Shown: positions 20,081 through 28,300 of the stretch, in pieces
Layout of the letters: every line of letters begins with the position of its first letter
Numbering within the stretch: the first letter of the stretch is position 1
Virus record (IMG/VR): IMGVR_UViG_3300008259_003073
Reading direction: 5' to 3' (one strand)
Length of the DNA: 64,000 bases
DNA from: a virus
Taxonomy: Duplodnaviria; Caudoviricetes
Position numbers and translations under genes: made by a program
The notes under the pieces: generated by a model
The model's database searches: none
What the model saw: only the letters and a program-made list of their open reading frames with translations
Told to the model about the DNA's origin: nothing

Positions 20081-20107
20081 TAGATTAGTTGATAAAGTAA
20101 AGTGAAT

Positions 20108-20138
20108 ACAATATACTAAAAAAAATCTAAATTTACAA
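20108..20138 (-). promoter_or_regulatory. Candidate Bacteroidota-type -33/-7 promoter (weaker match)
   Basis: Minus strand TTGT-N19-TATATTGT in the intergenic gap upstream of 20080. Confidence 0.4.
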
Positions 20139-20142
20139 CACT

Positions 20143-21030
20143 TTATTCATTTATTTTAGTATGATATTTTTCTACATCATCTTTAATTTTTGGCCATAGG
20201 AAATTTGTAAAGAAATCAATTGATTGTTCTTTTGATGGATGAAACCAACCACCCAACATTGTTTGATTTTTGTTGGCAAAGTATTCCAATATACCACCTC
20301 CAAATCCTTTTATCCTAACATCATCGGTAAATATAAATTTATCAAAATCAATTTTTTCTAATAGTTCTGGTATTATATCTGCTTCAAACCAAGAATTTTC
20401 AAATGGTTCTAATTTATCAAATAAACTTTCTGTTTTTAATGTAGCGTAATTTCCTGTATCCACATCAGCTCTTTTTTGAAGATTATATAATTTGTCTACC
20501 GCAACATCCATTTGAAACAAATTACCAATTGTAATCATTTTATATGGTATATTTTTTTCTTTAAAATACTGTTGAGTGTGATATATACTTTCTAATGTTT
20601 GTAATATAGCACCATATATTGAATAATAATTTTCAAAAAATTCTTTCCCATACCCAAATATATCAGTTCCATTTAACATATAGTTTATTTTACCAATTCT
20701 TTCAGGATGCATACTCATTCTTGGAAAATTTTTTGCTCTATCTTCGTTTACAAATACAGGATAATCCCATCTATCGATTGTAGACCATTGAACTATTGCA
20801 TAATCTACATTCGAGTGTGGTTTAGTTGGATTTTTGTAATGTGGTGAATTTAAAAATCTGAATACCTTTCTTCGCATTATATCATTTCCAGAACCACCAC
20901 ATGCTGCATTATACACATCAAACGGGTCTGATGTTTTTTTTGGATTAAATAAGGAATATCCTTCCATTTCAAACCCAATAGGCCAGTTTTCATCTCCTGC
21001 AGTAAAAGAGCATCCGTTTATTAATATCAT
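20143..21030 (-). CDS. SGNH/GDSL-like hydrolase or acyltransferase
   Basis: INGCSFT, NAACGGSGND, QWS..DR, WFHPS. Confidence 0.6.
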   Translation of the reverse strand: MILINGCSFTAGDENWPIGFEMEGYSLFNPKKTSDPFDVYNAACGGSGNDIMRRKVFRFLNSPHYKNPTKPHSNVDYAIVQWSTIDRWDYPVFVNEDRAKNFPRMSMHPERIGKINYMLNGTDIFGYGKEFFENYYSIYGAILQTLESIYHTQQYFKEKNIPYKMITIGNLFQMDVAVDKLYNLQKRADVDTGNYATLKTESLFDKLEPFENSWFEADIIPELLEKIDFDKFIFTDDVRIKGFGGGILEYFANKNQTMLGGWFHPSKEQSIDFFTNFLWPKIKDDVEKYHTKINE

Positions 21031-22349
21031 AGCAATTTATTTATATTATTCATTATATTACAATAATGTGTTATTAATTTTTGTTTGTTTTCTCGTAATA
21101 TTACTGTATTTTTTATAAAAACATTTTTAATGTTATCTACATTTTTATCTTTTAAAAAATTCACTATCATATCGATTTGTTCTAATTCATTTTTATTTTC
21201 AATTCCATTTAATCCAAAATCTTCTAAAAATAAATTTATACCTATTCTATTATATTCTTCATATACTTTATTTGAACCAAATATTAATGCAAACTTTTCA
21301 GATAATACTGGTTTTATTGATTTTTCTGTAAAGAATCCATATTTTAAATTAAAAATACAATGAGTTTCTCCAACCACTTCAAAATATGATAAATCGTATT
21401 CTTTTTCTCTAAAATAATAAAGTAAATGGTCAAATTCAAATGGAGCATTTAATGGTGTAACATTTATTTCATTTCGTAAAGATTTGAGTTTATCAAAATT
21501 TTTAGTTGTAAAGTATTTTATATGATTATCGGTATGTGTTTTAGTATGGTCTGTGTATATATGCCCTTCACTAACCATTTGTGAGTATTCTAATAAAAAT
21601 TTTTCATTTATACAATTCAAACCTGTTTTTAATATATCAAATTCTTTTGCTTTTAACAAAAATTGAACTCTGTGAAATCTCGGTTTCAATGCCTGACTAG
21701 AATATACATATGGTTTTTCAGCATTATGTGTTATATTGAGATTTTTAAACACATCAGAAAAATTGTTATTATACGGTAATTTACCATTAGTATGATGTGG
21801 AAATAAAAAATGTGTAAATTGTCCCTCCGCCATTAAATGAAACATACAATAGAATGAATCATAGTGAAAGTTTTTACCTTCATTAAATAATTCATAGTCT
21901 GTTATTTTAATATAATTAAATTTAAAATCATATCTAAAATATTTTTCATCTATTTCATATTCGTTTGCTTCTAAAAATGCAAAATTGAATAAAACTTTTG
22001 TGTTTCTTTCAACATATAATTTTTCCAATTTATCAAATTCAATTGGATTTTTTTTCATCAATGGTAAATAGAATTCACTCCATATTTTTCTATCAACCAC
22101 AATTATTAAATTATCAATTGGGTTTGAATACAATAAATCAAAAGTAGTTATACCATCAAATGATTTTAAATGATTTAATATATTATATGGGTTTTGTATA
22201 TAATGATGTATTTCAATTTCTTCACCACCATTATTTATAACAATTTTATGATGCTTTTCTATTTCTATTACATTTACAGAAATTAAATTTGCTTCTGGAA
22301 ACAAATTTTGTAACTCATTATATGTTGCTAATATATTTAGTGACCTCAT
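21027..22349 (-). CDS. Putative glycosyltransferase, GT10-like C-terminal motif
   Basis: YFEVVGET..FFTEKSIKP..F.LIFG; paralog of 5446 and 23566. Confidence 0.4.
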   Translation of the reverse strand: MRSLNILATYNELQNLFPEANLISVNVIEIEKHHKIVINNGGEEIEIHHYIQNPYNILNHLKSFDGITTFDLLYSNPIDNLIIVVDRKIWSEFYLPLMKKNPIEFDKLEKLYVERNTKVLFNFAFLEANEYEIDEKYFRYDFKFNYIKITDYELFNEGKNFHYDSFYCMFHLMAEGQFTHFLFPHHTNGKLPYNNNFSDVFKNLNITHNAEKPYVYSSQALKPRFHRVQFLLKAKEFDILKTGLNCINEKFLLEYSQMVSEGHIYTDHTKTHTDNHIKYFTTKNFDKLKSLRNEINVTPLNAPFEFDHLLYYFREKEYDLSYFEVVGETHCIFNLKYGFFTEKSIKPVLSEKFALIFGSNKVYEEYNRIGINLFLEDFGLNGIENKNELEQIDMIVNFLKDKNVDNIKNVFIKNTVILRENKQKLITHYCNIMNNINKLL

Positions 22350-23301
22350 TTATCCAATTTTGTTTGTTTGTATAAAAATATAATCTTGTTGATAGTTTAT
22401 GAAATTCAGAACTAACTATATCCATATCATCTTCTAAAATTTGTAAATACATTTGATGAAATTCTCCTTTACTATTTGCCCTATATTTGTAATCGATGTG
22501 TGGCATCCAATCGGTATGTATAATTGGAATTTTACCATTATCAACTGCGTCAAAAATTGCATATCCAAATGGTTCTTTTGTATAACATCCGTGAAATATT
22601 TGAAAATTACTTTCAAAAAACTTTTGATGGAATCGATAATCGAATTCTATAAACCTATGGTAATCTGAATTGATTTTAGAACCTTCTAACATTCGTTTGT
22701 AATCATATTTGTTTGAAAATATAATTGATGGAATGTAATCTAAATAATGTGCGTTTTTTCTGGTTTCACATCTAGCAGCATATCCAATTTTGTTAGATAT
22801 AACGCCTGTAAATGGTTTTTTATTTTTCCATTCGTAATAATTTGTGATTGTAATGGTATTTGGATACATTTTATGCATAGTATCGTTTTCATATCCAATC
22901 CAAACTATATTATCGGAATTATCTAGTATTTCTTTTTGCCATTTCCAATCCACTTTAGTCATTAGATTTTCATACTCATCGTTCAATCCTAACATATCAG
23001 GAATAAAAGCATGCACAAAAGTAGTATGAATTTTGTGTAAATAATCTTTCAGTAAATCGTATGGTTTGTAGGGGTGATGTAAGATTACAATTTTATCACA
23101 TTGTTGAAAAATTTTACGAACTTCATTATCGTTTTCGTAAGTATAAACCGCACCTTCTTCTCTAATCAAAGGTCTGCCAACTACAACTATTTTGTAATCT
23201 TCTTTTACTAATGGCAATATATTTTCTACAAAGTTATTGCACCAAATATCTGAACCACCAATAATGTTTTTACCATAACCTGTTGTGATAAATACTATCA
23301 T
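22318..23301 (-). CDS. GT-B fold glycosyltransferase (GT4-like)
   Basis: N-terminal IIGGSD.W; KEPFGYAIFDAVDNGKIPII donor-binding motif. Confidence 0.65.
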   Translation of the reverse strand: MIVFITTGYGKNIIGGSDIWCNNFVENILPLVKEDYKIVVVGRPLIREEGAVYTYENDNEVRKIFQQCDKIVILHHPYKPYDLLKDYLHKIHTTFVHAFIPDMLGLNDEYENLMTKVDWKWQKEILDNSDNIVWIGYENDTMHKMYPNTITITNYYEWKNKKPFTGVISNKIGYAARCETRKNAHYLDYIPSIIFSNKYDYKRMLEGSKINSDYHRFIEFDYRFHQKFFESNFQIFHGCYTKEPFGYAIFDAVDNGKIPIIHTDWMPHIDYKYRANSKGEFHQMYLQILEDDMDIVSSEFHKLSTRLYFYTNKQNWINEVTKYISNI

Positions 23302-23336
23302 ATATAACCACTAATCAATAACTTTTTAATTTCAGA

Positions 23337-23513
23337 TTATTCTGCAGATTCTACGGGAATTAAAATGTATTTGTGAGTATCACCACATTCGTTTGGTTCA
23401 TCAAAAATTTCTTGATGTTCGGCAATCCATTCCATTGCTTGCTCATTAGTTAATGATTCACAACCTTCAATGGGTGTATCTGTTCCTGATAATACTATTT
23501 TCCAAAGTTCCAT
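23337..23513 (-). CDS. Small acidic protein, 58 aa (not in ORF track)
   Basis: My translation: MELWKIVLSGTDTPIEGCESLTNEQAMEWIAEHQEIFDEPNECGDTHKYILIPVESAE; fills the gap and is preceded by ATATTTATA. Confidence 0.7.
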   Translation of the reverse strand: MELWKIVLSGTDTPIEGCESLTNEQAMEWIAEHQEIFDEPNECGDTHKYILIPVESAE

Positions 23514-23532
23514 AATTGTTAGTTTTATTTAG

Positions 23533-23541
23533 TATAAATAT
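23533..23541 (-). promoter_or_regulatory. ATATTTATA late-promoter candidate
   Basis: Same 9-mer recurs in the sense orientation in most intergenic gaps. Confidence 0.55.
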
Positions 23542-23565
23542 AATATTTTTTTGATAAAAGTGATA

Positions 23566-24666
23566 TTAGTTCAACAGTTTCTTAAAAGTGGTTTCCATTT
23601 CCGAATAATCATTTAGGTATTCTATCAACTTATATCTATTTTCTATAGATTTTTCTAAAGAATGATTATATCTTTCTTCTATTTCATCATCTGATGTATT
23701 ATATAACCATTCTGAAAACAGATTTATACTTCTTTCCACATCTTGGGCATTTGTTATATTTTGTACAAAATCAAAATTTAATAAATAAAATCCCATATTT
23801 TTAAGTTCATTTAATGTTTCACTACATGCTACTAAAATTATCGGTTTTCCAAAAAATAAACCCTTATATATTTTTTCTGTAATAAATCTTTCTGGATTAT
23901 TTCTATAATCCAATGTCTCAAATATTAAATTATAATTACAATATACATAATCATTTATTGCTTCGAAATGTTTGTACTTTGGATATAACAAATCATACGC
24001 ATCGTTTGCAGAATCTTTTGGATTTAACATTTTTTCAATTAAAGGATTATTATTAAGAATATCCATTCTCCAGCTACCAGTACGATGTGCTCTTATATAT
24101 GAAAATAACTTTGATTTAGATTTATCATATTTAGGTAATGATATATTATTTACCAATTCTTCTAAATAATAATATCCAATATAGTATCTGAAATATCTAA
24201 ATGGAAATAACAAATCAAAATAAAAATTAGATTCCGTTTCCAGTATTGGTCTTTTTGACCCCGAAAGGATTAAATCATAATTAATTTCCTGTACTCTTTT
24301 TACAAATGCAATATCAAATACTTCACCATAATGCCATATAAATACTTTTTTTATGTTTATATGATTGGTGTTTAACTCAAATAGTTTATCCTCTAATAAT
24401 TTATTTTCTAATTCTCCTGCAAATACTATACATCTATTAAATTTTTTAAAAAATTCAATTGGTTCTTTTATAAAATTACTTAAATTGTTGTAAAAATATA
24501 TTTTACTGTTTAGTTCTTTATGATAGTATATTTGCTTTTCAGAATTATCAAATTTTGTTGCATCAAATTCAGATAAATAATCTACATTTTCTTTACCGAA
24601 CATACCAAGCATTATTGGTAATTGGTTTGAATAAGTTATAAAAACCATTAGATTTTCCTCTATCAT
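23566..24666 (-). CDS. Putative glycosyltransferase, GT10-like C-terminal motif
   Basis: YNLIFETL..RFITEKIYKGLFFGKPIILV, the closest of the three to the GT10 motif. Confidence 0.5.
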   Translation of the reverse strand: MIEENLMVFITYSNQLPIMLGMFGKENVDYLSEFDATKFDNSEKQIYYHKELNSKIYFYNNLSNFIKEPIEFFKKFNRCIVFAGELENKLLEDKLFELNTNHINIKKVFIWHYGEVFDIAFVKRVQEINYDLILSGSKRPILETESNFYFDLLFPFRYFRYYIGYYYLEELVNNISLPKYDKSKSKLFSYIRAHRTGSWRMDILNNNPLIEKMLNPKDSANDAYDLLYPKYKHFEAINDYVYCNYNLIFETLDYRNNPERFITEKIYKGLFFGKPIILVACSETLNELKNMGFYLLNFDFVQNITNAQDVERSINLFSEWLYNTSDDEIEERYNHSLEKSIENRYKLIEYLNDYSEMETTFKKLLN

Positions 24667-25391
24667 ATTCCTCCTCCTCCTGAATCTGCTTCAATAAAAT
24701 GGACAAATATTGCTTGTACATTATTAATATCGTTCCAAGGTATAGTTATTGTCAAATCGGAAACAGTTCCACCATCAGAAAAATAAGTATTAAAACTATT
24801 AACTGGAGTCCCATCTGGTCCGTTTCCATTGATACTACAATTTTCTATTGTTGGAGATACACCACATTGGTCGGATATTCCTCTATATCTTCCACTCGAT
24901 TTACTATTAACTACAATTTCAAAACCACTTGAATAATTATTTGAGTAATCCCAATAGATATCAAATCTACCACACCCACCCAAGCTATTATCATTACCAA
25001 GAACTCCTGCCAACGAACGAGGATTAAATGAACCACAATTGGAAACATAAATTGATGTGTAATTGTTATGAATTTTACTTCTTGGGATTTTTATTTCACC
25101 ATAAGTATAGGCAAGACTATCTACCATAAAAGCTTGAATTCCACCTGCTAATCCAATGTTGGTTTCAAAATCAAAAAATAAAGAATTACCAAATCCACTT
25201 ACATCTTGTGTTTGGTCATTAGCAGAAAATTGTGTCAAATCAGGAATATATTGATTTTCTGCTATATTAGGCCAACGAATTTCAATTGGAAAAAATGCGT
25301 ACGGAGTTGATGAGGTAGGTAAAACAGCACCTTGTCCTGATAAGTGATGTTTTAATTGTATTCTCGATGTTGGTATTGTTATAGCTGACAT
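24663..25391 (-). CDS. Hypothetical protein, probably tail-fibre associated
   Basis: S/G/N-rich 242-aa ORF starting 1 nt after the tail-fibre stop. Confidence 0.55.
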   Translation of the reverse strand: MSAITIPTSRIQLKHHLSGQGAVLPTSSTPYAFFPIEIRWPNIAENQYIPDLTQFSANDQTQDVSGFGNSLFFDFETNIGLAGGIQAFMVDSLAYTYGEIKIPRSKIHNNYTSIYVSNCGSFNPRSLAGVLGNDNSLGGCGRFDIYWDYSNNYSSGFEIVVNSKSSGRYRGISDQCGVSPTIENCSINGNGPDGTPVNSFNTYFSDGGTVSDLTITIPWNDINNVQAIFVHFIEADSGGGGI

Positions 25392-25392
25392 A

Positions 25393-28300
25393 TTACCTAT
25401 TTAATAACTTTTTAATTGATATTATTTCATTTTTTAATTCAACAATTTCACTATTTTGTTCTTTTATTCCCTCAATCAATAAAGCAATTATCTTTTCATA
25501 ATCAACTCCTAAATACCCATCTCCTTTTTCTCTTACAACTTCTGGTAAAACTTCTTGAATTTCTTGTGCTAAAACCCCAACCTCTTGAATATTTTTTGGT
25601 TTGTTAGAAATACCGTTCCAATTAAAAGTATATCCTCCAATTTTTTTAATCTTATCCATTGGGTTTGAAATGGGAATAATATTTTCTTTTAATCTTTTAT
25701 CAGAACTAGATAGTGCGTACATATCACCAGTTGCTCTAATATCACCATTAATAGTTAATACCCCACTTGATATTGAGATTTCACCAACTGATAAATTTGT
25801 TATTGCACCATTTGTTGCACTTAATGTTGAGAATGTACTCAAACCTGTAAAGTTTGATGACCCTTTTACTGTCAGAAAATTGGTAGAAGATAAACTGGTA
25901 TCAACTTTGAATTGGTTTGACCCATACAAAGATTGTAAACCTGCTTGGCAAATTTCAACACTTCTTGGAGCACTACCTACCACTGCGTTAACACCACTAA
26001 AGTTTGGTGTTTTTAATGTTATACTTTCACCACTAACTAAATAATTTACACCAATTTGATGTTTTATTCTAACATCATATGTTCCGCCTGAAGGGATTAT
26101 TATGGATGCTCCACCAGTAGAAGTTATACTTCTTTCATAATTTGGATTATTATAAAAAACATATCCAGATGCAATTAACGCTTCCCCTACACCTACAACT
26201 TCCAAACTTATCCAATGATAGGTCTGAACGTAAGTAGCAGTAGATATTTGCATTAAGTACGAAGTACCAAGAGAGTTTGAAATCATTGCCGATATTTCCG
26301 CATCTGTCATAGAAACCTCTGTTCCAGCTGCAACAACACCCGTTGATACGGTATTTGAATTAAAAGTAGTACTCGCTTCAGCTTGTAAGTTTTGTCCAAA
26401 TACAGGACCGTTTCTTGTTGTTGAACTTGTGCCACTAAAATCGGATAAAGCGGATGTAGAACTTGCTATTCTAAATGAAGTATCATCCGTCATAATTACT
26501 GCGTTTCTAGACCCATCTTTTATGAAGAATCCTAAATCGGATGAATTTATTTCAATTGTACCAGTACTAGTTTTACTTATCTTATCATTAGAAATTGACC
26601 AACCTCCAATTGTAGCACCTAATGCGGATAATTCACTTACTGTTATTTTATTAGCGGTTACCGCGCCAGCTGCTATTGTGGTTGCGGTTACTGCGTCAGC
26701 TGCAATTTTACCTGCAATAATTGCACCAGCTGCTATTGTGGTTGCAGTTACTGCGTCAGCTGCAATTTTACCTGCAACTATTGCATTTGCAACTATTTTA
26801 CCAGAAGTAACTGCATCTGCTGCTATTTTACCTTCCGTTACTGCATTAGCCGCTAATTCTGCATTTGTTACGGTACTTAAAGTTGCCAATCCACCTAATC
26901 CAGTAACTTGTCCAGTTGATACGGTGTTTTGAGTTGCTAATGTTCCAAGACCAGTAACTTGACCAGTTGTAACACTATTTGCAGTTGCTAATGTTCCCAA
27001 TCCAGTTACTACAGTATTTGGAACTGTACTACCAACACTTAAATTACCAACTATGTTTAGATTTGTTCCATCCCAAGTTAAAGAATTTGTTGCAGATTTT
27101 AAAGAAAGTTTGGAAACTCCACTATCTTGACCTAAAAATATACCAGTATTATTAAACCCTTGAGAGGATTGTCCAATCGAAATATAAGGATTTGTAGAAC
27201 CACCCGCTATAGTTATATTTGCCGAACTTAATGTGGTTGAAGTCGTACCAATGTTTATTGTATTTTGAACAAATGAATCTTCAAATATACCTATTTTAGC
27301 TGCAACAAAGAAATCTTGTGCACCCAATGATATCCAACCCGTTTGTGATGATTGATGTGGTGCACCATCCGCGACGTTTCCTGTAGCTGAAAGATGTTGT
27401 CTAGTGGTTGCGTAGTAAGTATTATACGGTGGTGAGCCAGTTGAACTCCATAGAACAGTATCTCTTCTACCTGTCCCAGTTGTTAACCCATCTGAAAATT
27501 GGTATGTTCTACCACTTGTCCAAACTCCAGTATGAACTACACCAGGTCCAGTTTGGCCATTGGCACCATTTGCACCATTTGCTCCCGTTGCTCCCGTTGC
27601 TCCCGTTGCTCCGGTATTACCGATTCCACTTACTCCAACTTCAAAATCAATAGTTCTGCCAGTAAATGCAGTACCTTCAGAGTTTCTGTAAGAAATAGTT
27701 ATTACACCACTTGTACCACTAATACTAGTTGGAGTGTTTGGGGTGATTGTACCATTGCCATTATTTGTAGCGTTTGTGACACCAGTTATATTAAAAGTAT
27801 TTGCTCCACTTGTATTGTATGTATAATTTGACCCACCTTCGTTTACTACAACGGTTACATTACTAGGTGTCCCTATACCAACTAACGAACCACTAACTAC
27901 GGTTTGTGATTGTGGATTTGCAGAAATGTTTACAACGGGTGCAGAACTTCTTACTCTAGAAATCGTAGCAGTTACATTCTTTGTACCTGAAACACCTTCA
28001 CTATCGGTGAAATTGACAGGAATTGTTACTGTTCCACTATCGGATGTCATCGAAGATGCATTACTTGAAAACACTATTGTATTAGAAGAAACACTACCCG
28101 CTAATCCATTTGTATAAGTAGGTGTTCCTAATGATGTAAATCTACTTATACCACCTTCTAATGCAGTTACAGTTAGGGTTTGTGGTGTAGCTGAACCACT
28201 ACCACGAGAATTTGATTGGATTGATTGTGCAGTTGGTGAAACTGAAACTTCCACATTTGGTACTCCTCTCTTACTTTTTGAATAGGTTACCACCTTTGTT

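Noticed and set aside
12-24666. Host chromosomal LPS/capsule locus or chimeric assembly
   Set aside because: Contiguous and co-oriented with the tail fibre, same composition and GATC avoidance, and no wzx/wzy/ABC exporter
27541-27621. Collagen run as substrate for the adjacent prolyl hydroxylase
   Set aside because: The GXY run has only one Pro, in the X position of its last triplet
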